Source: a bacterium (GTDB lineage: Bacteria; UBA9089; CG2-30-40-21; SBAY01). Taken from it: a DNA stretch of 35,394 nt. The position numbers were made by a program, and so were the translations under genes. Positions 9,801 through 19,020 of this stretch are shown here, one piece after another. How positions within the stretch are numbered: position 1 is the stretch's first letter; the number at the start of each line of letters is the position of its first letter. The notes below the pieces were generated by a model. The model saw only the letters and a list, made by a program, of their open reading frames with translations, was not told the origin of the DNA and made no database searches. The DNA lies in assembly GCA_040757115.1 (NCBI GenBank), contig JBFLYA010000012.1:1-35394 (forward strand), read 5' to 3'.

Positions 9801-11588
9801 TGTGGAAGTTTAGAACTTGATGTTACTGGCTCTACTACCTTTACTTCAAATGGTGGTGGCTCTTTTACACTTAATACCTTCCATGCAAAATATATGAATA
9901 CATATACAATTCAAGGGGAATATCTTGGATTTATTGGAACTACATCAGTGATTATCCTACCTGGCACTCCAACAACTTTAGTTTATGTATCAGGAAATGG
10001 TCAGGTTAATACCTGTACCTTTACCTTAAAAGACCCATTTATAGTTAAGGTAGTGGATAAATATGAAAACCCTTGCCAGGATGTAGAGGTAAAGTGGGAA
10101 ATTATCTCTATCCCTTCTGGTGCAACTTTATATTCTATCTCCCCAACTAAAACCACAACCAATGTTCAAGGTACAGCGTCATCTTTCCTTACCTTAGGTA
10201 CAGAACCTCCAGGTACATATAATGTACATGCTATTTCAACTGGATTAAGTGGGTCTCCCTGTACTTTTACTGCACATTCATTAAGGCGATTTGGTAATAT
10301 AGCTGGTTTTTGCATGTTGGATTTGGGGACAGTTACATTAGGTACATGTTCAGATATTCAGGTAAGGATTGTAGAGCTTGGTACAACTACAATGACTAAT
10401 AATAATTCTTATTTCATCTTTAAGAATATACCAGTAGGAACTTATACCCTTACTTTTGATACATGGGGTGCATCGTCAGCAACTAATACCAATATCTGTA
10501 TTAGCCGAGCACAATTTGAGGATACTACATACATTGGTACTATTACACTATTAGCAGGAGATGTAAATAATGATGGCAAAGTAAATATTGGAGATTGGCC
10601 TGGATTTGTAGACAGTTTTGGTGATTATGAAGGTAATCCTGAAGGTAATTGGGAACAAACCAAAGAAGGAAATTTTAATCATGATAAGGTTGTTGATATT
10701 TGTGATTTTGGTATCTTTGCAGATAATTTTGGTAAACAGCAGCAAAAAGGTAAGACTAAAGAATTAACTACAATGCCTGCTCGTACTAAAAAGACCTCTG
10801 GTAGGATAGAGTTGTCCTTTGACCTTCAGACACTTGCAGGGGTAGATATTAATGAACTGCGTGTTGGAAATATTATCTATCTTAAGATATATGTTCGTGA
10901 TGCAAAAGACTACCTTGGTGGTGAAATACACTTGTCATTTAATCCAAAGGTATTACAGGTAATAGATGCGGATAACGGCAAAGATGGTATCCAGATTCAA
11001 CCGGGGGATTTCCCACGGGGTTCAGTGAAACATCAGGCTGATATTCTGAAGAATGAAGTAGATAATTCATCAGGTAAGATTGATTATGCTGTCGTAGTCT
11101 GGGAGCCAGAGAGAGATGATGAAGGATTATTAGCTACCGTGCCATTCAGGGTCATTTCTTGTGATGCCTATTCTAAAGTTAATTTTGAGTTTGATGATGA
11201 AGAAAACCGGGAAACAAAGTTTATCGAAAGAATTGGTCAGGAACAACCTGTTGACCAGCAACCTGATGTATTACCTGATGAAATAACTATCAAAGTGCCA
11301 GCGGTATATAATAATTTAGAGAAGGCACTGGTCTATCCCAATCCTTCTTATAACGGGAAAGAGGTAACCTTTACGCAGATTACCACTGATAAACAGGTTA
11401 CTTTAAGAATATATAACTTAGCCGGTGAATTAGTCATTGAGAAACAAAAAGATAACATCTATGATAGCCAGATTAAATGGAATTTAAAGAATAAAGATAA
11501 CGAAGATGTTGCCTCAGGTATTTACATCTATTTCTTAAAGGATGAACTTGGCTCGGTTAAGAAAGGTAAGATTGGGGTGATAAAGTAA
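6819..11588 (+). CDS. Large secreted modular protein: parallel beta-helix, 4 IPT/Ig-like repeats, cohesin, Ig-like, dockerin-like, cohesin, C-terminal YPNP...ASGIY (T9SS-A/FlgD-Ig-like) domain
   Basis: Signal peptide (AKA-E). FTSLKDD..GGDTNGDG..AGDW motif. YGIY repeats. Four ~84-aa P.SGT.G..VTI.G.GF repeats. LHLSFNP twice. GDVNNDGKVNIGD...NFNHDKVVDICD. VYPNP/VASGIYIY. Confidence 0.85.
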   Translation: MYKRKILLIGILIFIGIGNNIEIAKAEVVEVSGNVYGTWTSGNIYVATDTISVASNTTLTIQPNVIVKITPGKRLNVYGKLIAEGIESGTITFTSLKDDIGGDTNGDGTSTSPTAGDWSGCIFDGEGSIGSKLDHCVVRYTYKYGISIISSSISINNSDICEVYATWEGGEYVEVPSYGIYVSSGTLTIVNSNIFNISSYALGERFGQPLGYGIYISGGIVYISNCNILKIRSSNDLYGVSKAYGIYGSSTISYINNSNFSQIEGETNIASSEAYGIYFSNSSVFINDENYISQVTSKGSSYGIYVCNSSSPFTILNSKIFKIIGNGYAYGIYLSNILSEGIIRGINIFEVKGRNNGYGLYLLSGQLSIMDNEIYDIKGECVGYYGLGYGYGIYIVSGQVSIMINNIYDIKGIANFSWNEFGYGIYLSQTQSSILGNNIYDIGSGGTTYYLWADGTQTAEYNWWGSTFPIPFNFSNNIDYDPWLKGTYTGYALITILPTYGTVGNLVSIRGIGYNPTEQIKIDFGTSYNYTEVSTNADGMFSTSFIVNTQPYGPTSIVATGLSSNKTASNYFRILPHILFVSPSSGTIGSFVTIEGNGFGKMDTIRVDFGTTISICNIMSNTYGTFIATFTVDTQAYGTIPIGCYGMTSGAYDYEYFFIRGNIVWISPTQGTVGSAVTIMGNGFGATELIGIDFGTTLNINQCTTTTDGKFTTLFTIDTQPFGITTITVRGMQTGLVDKAGFTILPNIALISPISGTIGSIVTVMGNGFGATELIRIEFGNIRTITTVYTYATGEFQTVFTVDSQPIGTTTIIAHGLMTNAYALAQFIILPLTTLKITPALQNVAVNSTFTCQVEIEDVERLRGVELHLSFNPNILEVKEIGTGTFPPDGWVMQNKYDNIKGEIDYTIGLISGSATGSGDICKIKFKAISGGTSTVIFDFTRPNRITKLLDIGNNGIPFKKEETMYQVITGIEIKPKDKEIRADETIDYTCLASCGSLELDVTGSTTFTSNGGGSFTLNTFHAKYMNTYTIQGEYLGFIGTTSVIILPGTPTTLVYVSGNGQVNTCTFTLKDPFIVKVVDKYENPCQDVEVKWEIISIPSGATLYSISPTKTTTNVQGTASSFLTLGTEPPGTYNVHAISTGLSGSPCTFTAHSLRRFGNIAGFCMLDLGTVTLGTCSDIQVRIVELGTTTMTNNNSYFIFKNIPVGTYTLTFDTWGASSATNTNICISRAQFEDTTYIGTITLLAGDVNNDGKVNIGDWPGFVDSFGDYEGNPEGNWEQTKEGNFNHDKVVDICDFGIFADNFGKQQQKGKTKELTTMPARTKKTSGRIELSFDLQTLAGVDINELRVGNIIYLKIYVRDAKDYLGGEIHLSFNPKVLQVIDADNGKDGIQIQPGDFPRGSVKHQADILKNEVDNSSGKIDYAVVVWEPERDDEGLLATVPFRVISCDAYSKVNFEFDDEENRETKFIERIGQEQPVDQQPDVLPDEITIKVPAVYNNLEKALVYPNPSYNGKEVTFTQITTDKQVTLRIYNLAGELVIEKQKDNIYDSQIKWNLKNKDNEDVASGIYIYFLKDELGSVKKGKIGVIK

Positions 11589-11654
11589 AGCAGAGAGTAG
11601 AAAGTAGAGAGTAGAGAAAAAACTATCTTGCTACTCGATATTTATTCAATTTCC

Positions 11655-11769
11655 GTAACCGTTCAGGTGATAATTTACCGCAGAGACGCAAGAGGACACA
11701 CCCCTAACCCCTCTCAAGAGGTGTGTGTTTTTCTCTGCAAACTCTTTTGTCTGTGCGGTGAACGGTTAC
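11655..11769. mobile_element. Type-A element directly upstream of rplK
   Basis: GTAACCGTTCAG ... GTGAACGGTTAC ends. Inner stem CCGCAGAGAC/GTCTGTGCGG around a CCCCTAACCCCTCTCAAGAGG module. Confidence 0.75.
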
Positions 11770-11820
11770 CTACAAGCTTTAGTGTGCATCCTTTTCGCGA
11801 GACATTTACAGGAGACTAAT

Positions 11821-12255
11821 ATGGCAAAAAAGAAAAAGGTTGTTAAGGAGATTAAATTACAGATACCGGCTGGAAGGGCTAATCCCGCTCCACCCGTAGG
11901 TCCTGCCTTAGGACAGGCAGGGGTAAATATTATGGAGTTTTGTAAGGAGTTTAATGCACAAACATCCAATCAGGAAGGTCTAATTATCCCGGTAGTCATC
12001 TCCGTGCACGAGGATAGAACATTTTCCTTTGTTTTAAAAACACCACCTGCGGCTGTCCTTTTAGCTAAAGCCGCGGGGATAGAAAAGGGCTCCGGAGTGC
12101 CTAATAAACAAAAGGTAGCAAAACTTAATATCGAAAAAGTAAAAGAGATTGCGAAGATGAAACTTAAAGATTTAAACGCTTATGACATTGACCAGGCGGC
12201 ACGACAGATTATGGGCACGGCTAAAAGTATGGGAATTGAGATAGAAGGGGGATAA
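11821..12255 (+). CDS. rplK: 50S ribosomal protein L11
   Basis: [39 protein letters not shown] before ATG 11821. Confidence 0.98.
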   Translation: MAKKKKVVKEIKLQIPAGRANPAPPVGPALGQAGVNIMEFCKEFNAQTSNQEGLIIPVVISVHEDRTFSFVLKTPPAAVLLAKAAGIEKGSGVPNKQKVAKLNIEKVKEIAKMKLKDLNAYDIDQAARQIMGTAKSMGIEIEGG

Positions 12256-12261
12256 AGTAAA

Positions 12262-12972
12262 ATGGCTCGTTGCGGTAAAAAGTTTTTAGAAAAAAGTAAA
12301 CTGGTAGATAAAGAAAAATTATATGATATTGATGAAGCACTTGACCTGCTTAAACAAACCTCCTGTGCTAAATTTGATGAATCAATAGAGATAGCAATAA
12401 GGTTAGGCGTCAACCCAAAACACGCTGACCAACAGGTGCGTTCTACGGTAATTCTAAGGCATGGCACAGGTAAATCTCAACGAATAGCGGTTTTTGCTAA
12501 AGGAGAAAAGGTAAAAGAGGCAGAAGAAAATGGTGTGGAGATAGTTGGTGCCGAAGACTTAATTGACCGTATAAAAAAAGGGTTTTTAGATTTTGATGTC
12601 GCTATCGCTACCCCAGATATGATGCGTGATGTCGGACAGTTGGGTAAAATCCTTGGACCACGAGGACTTATGCCTAATCCAAAAGCAGGCACCGTCACCT
12701 TTGATGTCGGAAAAACAATTAAGGAGATTAAAAAAGGTAAGATTGAATTTAGATGTGATTCGTTTGGGATAGTCCACTCGGCTATCGGCAAAGTTTCATT
12801 TTCAAAGGAAATGCTTTATGATAATTTTAAAGATTTTGTCTTAGCTATCCTTAAGGTAAAACCAGCCACGGTTAAAGGACAATATGTTAAAGGTATCGCT
12901 TTATCTACAACAATGGGACCCGGCATAAAACTTGACACAAAGGTAACAAAGAGATTGCTTGAAGAAGGCTAA
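12262..12972 (+). CDS. rplA: 50S ribosomal protein L1
   Basis: [31 protein letters not shown]. Confidence 0.98.
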   Translation: MARCGKKFLEKSKLVDKEKLYDIDEALDLLKQTSCAKFDESIEIAIRLGVNPKHADQQVRSTVILRHGTGKSQRIAVFAKGEKVKEAEENGVEIVGAEDLIDRIKKGFLDFDVAIATPDMMRDVGQLGKILGPRGLMPNPKAGTVTFDVGKTIKEIKKGKIEFRCDSFGIVHSAIGKVSFSKEMLYDNFKDFVLAILKVKPATVKGQYVKGIALSTTMGPGIKLDTKVTKRLLEEG

Positions 12973-13027
12973 AGATGATATATTTTCTATAATGAAGATT
13001 ATAATTCTTTGAAAAGGGGTAAATAAA

Positions 13028-13546
13028 ATGCGACCAGCAATTATTAAAAAAGAAAAACAGGTTAGCGAATTAAAAGAGAAATTATCTAAGACATCTTCGG
13101 CTATTTTAACAGATTATCGAGGTCTAACCGTTAAAGAAATTACAGATTTAAGACGCAAATTCAGAACCGCAGGCATAGAATATAAAATCATAAAAAACAA
13201 CATCATCTTTAGAGCGGTTAAAGAAAGTGACCTCGATGCCTTAAGTGAATACCTACAGGGACCTACGGCCATTGCTTTTAGTCTAAATGACCCGGTGGCT
13301 CCAGTTAAATTCTTAATAGATTTCTCCAAAGAATATAAAAAACTTGAACTTAAAGCAGGGATTATTCAAGGTAAGGTTCTAAAGGCTGATGAACTAACCC
13401 AGGTATCCAAGTTACCACCTAAAGAAGTATTAATTGCCCAGGTAGTAGGGGGAATGAAAGCACCGTTAGTCGGTGTAGTTAATGTCTTAAGTGCGCCAAT
13501 AAGGTCATTGGTTAATGTATTAAAGGCGATTGAGGGGAAAAAATAA
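13028..13546 (+). CDS. rplJ: 50S ribosomal protein L10
   Basis: DYRGLTV, KIIKNN, GPTAIAFS, plus gene order. Confidence 0.96.
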   Translation: MRPAIIKKEKQVSELKEKLSKTSSAILTDYRGLTVKEITDLRRKFRTAGIEYKIIKNNIIFRAVKESDLDALSEYLQGPTAIAFSLNDPVAPVKFLIDFSKEYKKLELKAGIIQGKVLKADELTQVSKLPPKEVLIAQVVGGMKAPLVGVVNVLSAPIRSLVNVLKAIEGKK

Positions 13547-14136
13547 CCAGGACCAAAGACTATAGACCGAAGACCAAAGGCAAAAAACAGCGGGTAGCTG
13601 GTAGTTTCACGCCAAGCACGCAAAGGACGCAAAGGAAAATAAGGGAAAAAATTACCTTTGCGTCCTTTGCGTGAAAAAACTGTTTTCAGGGGAATGTAGT
13701 TTTGTAAATCTGTGTAATCTGCGAAATCTGCGGATTATTTTCAGGAGAAACCGGGCATGTCCACGGTGGTGGACACAAACGACGATGAAAATTAATGGGA
13801 CGCAGATTTACAGGATTTACAAGATTTTAAAGAAAAACCACTAAGGCACTATAAAAACATCAAGAAACTCTAAGGAAATAACTATAGAAATACAATATAA
13901 AAAATTAATTTTAATCCTGTTCATCTGCGAAAATCTGCGTCCTAATTTACATTTTCAGGGGAAACGGACATGAGCCAGGGCTCACAAAGGGCAATGAAAA
14001 TGGGAGAAAGACAACCCCCTAACCCCCTTTATTAAGGGGGAATATCTGTTCTACACCAGAGGATACGAGTCTGTGGATACTATACTAATTCGCTAATCTC
14101 TAATTCACTAATTCGCTATTTTCAGGGGAAACAGGG
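13547..14136 (+). repeat. Tandem array of type-B units with variable hairpin cargo
   Basis: TTTTCAGG(A/G)GAA motif near 13683, 13737, 13951 and 14118. Full junctions ATTTTCAGGRGAAA..CATG-hairpin-ACAAA..ATGAAAAT at 13737-13792 and 13951-14001. Confidence 0.8.
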
Positions 14137-14514
14137 ATGAGTAGAATTGTAAAGAAAATCGAAATTGAAGGGAAAGAAGTTATGGCACTGTTTGATACTG
14201 GTGCAATGCATACTTATGTCTGCAATGAAATTGTGGGTAGTGCCCCGACAATAATTATCCCGGAGCCGTATAAGGTTGCATTTGATGGGAGAATAATTGA
14301 AGTCAAAAAACTCTGTCTTTTATGGGGTAAAATTGAAGGCAGAGGATTAGATATGGAGGCAGTGCCGATAGATGACATCGGGAGAATAAATGGAAATAAG
14401 ATAGATGTGGTCATTGGCGCATTAACTATGGAAAAGTGGGAAATAATCCCTAATCCAAAAGATGGAACATTAGATTTAACAGGACTCAAACGACGTGAAT
14501 TTATTGAGTTTTGA
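14137..14514 (+). CDS. Retropepsin-like (clan AA) single-domain aspartic protease
   Basis: ALFDTGA catalytic motif and VVIGA C-terminal motif, 125 aa. Confidence 0.85.
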   Translation: MSRIVKKIEIEGKEVMALFDTGAMHTYVCNEIVGSAPTIIIPEPYKVAFDGRIIEVKKLCLLWGKIEGRGLDMEAVPIDDIGRINGNKIDVVIGALTMEKWEIIPNPKDGTLDLTGLKRREFIEF

Positions 14515-14588
14515 AAAGTAATAATTGGGCTATGGTAACTAATTACTATTCACCAATTACCAGTTACCAAAATATAGGAGGTGAAAAA

Positions 14589-14978
14589 ATGGCAACTGCT
14601 ATTAAAAGCAAAGAGGAGATTATTGATGCTATCTCTAATATGACAGTTCTGGAACTCTCAGAATTAGTTAAGGAATTAGAGAATAAATTTGGGGTATCTG
14701 CGGCAATTCCTATGGCTATGGGACCAACGGTAACACAAGCCGTCCCAGAAGCAGAAAAGGAAGAAAAAACTGAGTTTGATGTTGTTTTAGCCAGTTTTGG
14801 TGAGAATAAAATCCAGGTGATAAAAGAAATTAGAACTATTACCTCTTTAGGATTAAAAGAAGCTAAAGAATTAGTAGAAGGCGCTCCACAGCCAGTGAAA
14901 AAAGGTATTCCAAAAGAAGAGGCTGAAGAAATCAAGAAAAAATTAGAAGCCGCAGGAGCGAAGGTAGAGATTAAGTAA
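14589..14978 (+). CDS. rplL: 50S ribosomal protein L7/L12
   Basis: [51 protein letters not shown] before ATG 14589. Confidence 0.98.
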   Translation: MATAIKSKEEIIDAISNMTVLELSELVKELENKFGVSAAIPMAMGPTVTQAVPEAEKEEKTEFDVVLASFGENKIQVIKEIRTITSLGLKEAKELVEGAPQPVKKGIPKEEAEEIKKKLEAAGAKVEIK

Positions 14979-15107
14979 CAGAAAACAGAGGACAGAAGTC
15001 AGAGCTCAGGTATTTAAGGTATTCCCTATTATATCTGTTATCTGTCTTCTGTCCTCTGAATTTAACTTCTAATTACGGTTATCTGTCCTCTAATTTCTAA
15101 TTTCTGA
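14979..15107. repeat. Heptamer-period inverted repeat (CAGARGA / TCTTCTG type) between rplL and rpoB
   Basis: CAGAAAACAGAGGACAGAAGTCAGAG pairs with TCTGTCTTCTGTCCTCTG. Confidence 0.6.
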
Positions 15108-15125
15108 TAAAAGAGGTGAGATTAT

Positions 15126-18100
15126 ATGCTTAAGCAAGAACGGGTTTCTTTTGGAAAAATAAAAGAGGTCATAGATGTCCCATCATTAATTGCTATTCAA
15201 AAGGATTCTTTTGAATGGTTTTTGCAAAAGGATGTGCCTCCAGAGCAAAGGAAACCTCAGGGATTACAAAAGGTATTTTTAGAGACTTTTCCCATTATAG
15301 ATTTTAATGAAAAAGTAGTCTTAGAATTCGTTGACTATAGTCTTGGTGAACCAAAATATGCGGAGGAAGAATGTCGAGATAGAGATATAACTTATGGAGT
15401 TCCATTACGAGTCCGATTACGATTAATCTGTCGTGAGACAGGTGTCATTCAGGAACAAGAAATCTTTATGCGAGATATTCCTTTAATGACCGAACGGGGA
15501 ACATTTATTATTAATGGGGCTGAACGCGTCATTGTCAGCCAGATGCACCGTTCTCCAGGGGTTTATTTTGACTATGACCCATCAACTCGATTATACTCAT
15601 CCAGGGTTATCCCTTATCGAGGGGCATGGTTAGAATTTGAATTAGACACTAATAATATTCTCTTTGCAAGATTAGGACGCAAAAGAAAAATCATTGCAAC
15701 TACCTTTATTCGAGCCATTGGTTATTCTACTATCGAAGATATACTAAATCTTTTTTTCCCGGATCAAATTCGAATAGATAAAGTGAACGAAAATTTAGTT
15801 GGACTTCGATTAGCCCAGCAAGTAATAAATAAAGAAGAGAACGAAGTATATCGTCCAGGGATGAAGATTACCAATACGCTCTTGAATATTTTAAAGAAAC
15901 AACGGATTAAAAAGATAAAGATATTAGATGTGGAGAGTTCATTTATATTAAATACATTAGAACGAGATGATACCAATTCTACGGATGAAGCCCTGATTAA
16001 GATTCATAACCTGATGCGTATCGGGGAACCACCTAATATTGAAAATGCTCAACAGACCTTTTACCGATACTTCTTTGATCCACTTCGCTATGATTTATCC
16101 GAGATAGGTCGGTATAAAATTAATCAAAAATTGGGACTGTCAATTTCAGAAGAAGTCACAACATTGACTAAAGAAGATATAGTAGAGACGGTCAAATATA
16201 TGATTAAATTGATTAAAAAACAAGGGGAAATAGACGATATTGACCATCTTGGGAATCGGCGTGTCAGGTCTGTTGGAGAATTACTACAAAATCAATTACG
16301 GATAGGGATGTCAAGATTAGAACGAAGTATCCGTGAACGGATGGCAATCCAGGATATAATGACAATGAAACCACATACCGTCATTAATATCAAACCAGTT
16401 ACCGCCGCAATCAATGAATTTTTTGGCTCAAGCCAGCTCTCTCAATTTATGGACCAAACAAATCCCTTAGCCGAATTAACTCATAAACGAAGATTATCTG
16501 CTTTAGGTCAGGGTGGGTTATCTAAAGAAAGAGCAGGGTTTGAGGTTCGTGATGTCCATTACTCTCACTACGGGAGAATATGTCCAATCGAAACGCCTGA
16601 AGGACCTAATATTGGACTAATTGTATCTCTATGCGTTTATGGAAGAGTAAATAGATTAGGTTTTATTGAAACTCCCTATCGGAAAGTCTTAGACAGCAAA
16701 GTTACTAATCAAATTGAATATCTAACTGCGGATAAAGAACAAAAACATAATATTGCTCAGGCAAGTAGTAAAATAGGGAAAAATGGTGAGTTTATAGAGG
16801 AGGCAGTTGCGGCAAGGTTTCGAGACGATTTTCCATTAGTTACTCATGATAAAGTGGATTATATGGATGCCTCTTTAAAACAGATTATTAGTGTTGGAAC
16901 AGCATTAATTCCTTTCCTGGAACATGATGATGCCAATCGTGCTTTGATGGGGTCTAATATGCAGCGCCAGGCAGTCCCATTACTCGTTAGTGAATCTCCT
17001 TTAGTTGGCACAGGCATAGAACAATATATTGCCAGAGATTCCGGCATCGTGATTATCGCCCCTGTTGATGGCATAATAACTCGGGCGACGGCAAGTGAGA
17101 TTGTATTAAAAGGTAAGGATAAGAAAGAATATTCTTATAACTTATTGAATTTTAAAAGGTCTAATCAGGCAACCTGTATTCATCAAAAACCTATTGTTAA
17201 AAAGGGAGAACAAATCTCAAAAGGTCAACCTTTAACTGAAGGCACGGCGACTGACAATGGCGAACTGGCATTAGGAAGAAATGTCCTGGTGGCATTTATG
17301 CCCTGGGAAGGATATAATTTTGAAGATGCCATCCCTATTTCCGAAAGGTTAGTTAAAGAAGATATTTTTACTTCAATTCATATTGAAAGATATGAAATAG
17401 AGGCAAGGGATACTCAACTTGGCCCAGAGCAAATTACCGCCGATATTCCTAATCTGGGCGCTGAAGCACTGAAAAATCTTGATGACCGCGGCATTATTAG
17501 AATTGGTGCCATGGTTAAATCAGGCGATATATTAGTTGGTAAGGTTACTCCAAAAGGGGAGACAGAACTTTCTCCAGAATATAAATTACTTCATTCTATA
17601 TTTGGTGAAAAGGTCCGCGAAGTTCGGGATACCTCACTTCATCATCCTTATGGAAGTGAGGGAATAGTCCTTGATGTTAAGTATTTCGCCACCAGGCAGG
17701 GCGATGACCTTCCACCTGGCGTGGAAGAATTAGTTAAAGTCTATGTGGCAACTAAACGAAAGATTATGGTTGGTGATAAAGTTGCCGGCAGACATGGAAA
17801 TAAAGGTGTTATCGCTAAAATCTTACCTGAAGCAGATATGCCTTTTCTTGAAGATGGCACACCAGTAGATATGGTTTTGAATCCTTTGTCAGTTCCTTCA
17901 AGAATGAATATCGGCCAGATATTAGAAACTCATCTTGGCTGGGCCGCTCATAAATTAGGAATTAAAACTACCTCCCCGGTATTTGATGGAGCAACTGAAG
18001 AAGAAATCAAAGACTATCTTAAAAAAGCAAACTTACCTGAAGATGGCAAGGCTTACCTTTATGATGGAAAAACAGGAAAAAGATTTAAGGATAAAATTAC

Positions 18101-18548
18101 GGTTGGCTATATTTACATGATGAAATTAATTCATTTAGTAGAGGATAAAATTCATGCTCGCTCTATTGGTCCTTATTCATTAGTCACACAACAACCACTG
18201 GGTGGTAAGGCTCAATTTGGTGGACAACGACTTGGTGAAATGGAGGTCTGGGCATTAGAGGCTTATGGTGCCTCGCATCTGCTCCAGGAATTTTTAACTG
18301 TAAAATCAGATGATATTATTGGTCGGGCAAAGGTATATGAAGCAATTGTTAAAGGCGAAAATGCCGCAGGACCCGGCGTGCCTGAATCTTTTAATGTCCT
18401 ATTCCACGAACTTCAAGGATTAGCCTTAGATGTTAAGGTCTTAGATGAAAAAGGGAAACCTATCGATGTTAAAAAACTCAACGAAGGCCGACGCACACCA
18501 CCAGTCACTATGAAATCTCAAGAACATTTGATAAAACCTATGTTTTAA
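15126..18548 (+). CDS. rpoB: DNA-directed RNA polymerase beta subunit
   Basis: [56 protein letters not shown]. Confidence 0.99.
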   Translation: MLKQERVSFGKIKEVIDVPSLIAIQKDSFEWFLQKDVPPEQRKPQGLQKVFLETFPIIDFNEKVVLEFVDYSLGEPKYAEEECRDRDITYGVPLRVRLRLICRETGVIQEQEIFMRDIPLMTERGTFIINGAERVIVSQMHRSPGVYFDYDPSTRLYSSRVIPYRGAWLEFELDTNNILFARLGRKRKIIATTFIRAIGYSTIEDILNLFFPDQIRIDKVNENLVGLRLAQQVINKEENEVYRPGMKITNTLLNILKKQRIKKIKILDVESSFILNTLERDDTNSTDEALIKIHNLMRIGEPPNIENAQQTFYRYFFDPLRYDLSEIGRYKINQKLGLSISEEVTTLTKEDIVETVKYMIKLIKKQGEIDDIDHLGNRRVRSVGELLQNQLRIGMSRLERSIRERMAIQDIMTMKPHTVINIKPVTAAINEFFGSSQLSQFMDQTNPLAELTHKRRLSALGQGGLSKERAGFEVRDVHYSHYGRICPIETPEGPNIGLIVSLCVYGRVNRLGFIETPYRKVLDSKVTNQIEYLTADKEQKHNIAQASSKIGKNGEFIEEAVAARFRDDFPLVTHDKVDYMDASLKQIISVGTALIPFLEHDDANRALMGSNMQRQAVPLLVSESPLVGTGIEQYIARDSGIVIIAPVDGIITRATASEIVLKGKDKKEYSYNLLNFKRSNQATCIHQKPIVKKGEQISKGQPLTEGTATDNGELALGRNVLVAFMPWEGYNFEDAIPISERLVKEDIFTSIHIERYEIEARDTQLGPEQITADIPNLGAEALKNLDDRGIIRIGAMVKSGDILVGKVTPKGETELSPEYKLLHSIFGEKVREVRDTSLHHPYGSEGIVLDVKYFATRQGDDLPPGVEELVKVYVATKRKIMVGDKVAGRHGNKGVIAKILPEADMPFLEDGTPVDMVLNPLSVPSRMNIGQILETHLGWAAHKLGIKTTSPVFDGATEEEIKDYLKKANLPEDGKAYLYDGKTGKRFKDKITVGYIYMMKLIHLVEDKIHARSIGPYSLVTQQPLGGKAQFGGQRLGEMEVWALEAYGASHLLQEFLTVKSDDIIGRAKVYEAIVKGENAAGPGVPESFNVLFHELQGLALDVKVLDEKGKPIDVKKLNEGRRTPPVTMKSQEHLIKPMF

Positions 18549-18616
18549 ATTGGTAATGGGTAACGGTTGAATGGTAGATGATAACTGGTAACCATTTAAC
18601 CAATTACTATTCACCA

Positions 18617-18990
18617 TAGGGTTCTGCAAAATAGGATTTGGGGGAGACAATAAATAAATATTAAATATCAAATATTAAATATCAAAATGCAAAATTACAA
18701 ATCAAATTTCAAATTGGTAATATCTTTGCTTCAAGTATTTTAACGCTGAAAGGAAAGAGATAATTTTACTGAACTGTGGCAAAGATAGTTGATAGTTTAT
18801 AGTTGATAGTTTATAGTTGATAGTAGATAGTTGAAGGACTATAGACTATAAACTATAAACCATAAACTATAAACTATACACTATAAACTATAAACGAGTT
18901 TTGCATTTTGCTCTTTGGAGGAAATTGATAAAAATAGAGGTTTTAAATACCCGCTTAAAAACTACAGTTTCCTAGTTTTGCAGAACCCTA
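18617..18990. mobile_element. Type-D MITE-like element between rpoB and rpoC
   Basis: Perfect 15-bp TIR TAGGGTTCTGCAAAA including terminal TA. Cargo has CAAAATGCAAAA/TTTTGCATTTTG and GATAGTT/AACTATA heptamer hairpins. Sits inside an ACCATTC/TGGTAA repeat tract. Confidence 0.8.
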
Positions 18991-19020
18991 ACCATTCACC
19001 AAAAAGAGGAGGGATTTATC

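Noticed and set aside
11628-11820. ORF 11628-11819 and the rplK extension from 11725
   Set aside because: Both run through the type-A element. rplK has its own RBS and start at 11821.
13547-13600. L10 leader-like RNA (GACCGAAGAC)
   Set aside because: It lies downstream of rplJ and is explained by the AAAGACC heptamer repeat. No matching leader stem was found.
13683-14136. Type-B arrays as CRISPR or a classical integron
   Set aside because: The intervening segments are long, variable in length and made of repeats. No cas or intI gene is present, and no clear RYYYAAC/GTTRRRY attC boxes were found.
14511-14588. N-terminally extended L7/L12 starting at TTG 14511 and processed by the upstream protease
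   Set aside because: The extension is translated heptamer-repeat DNA, and a strong GGAGGTGA RBS precedes ATG 14589.
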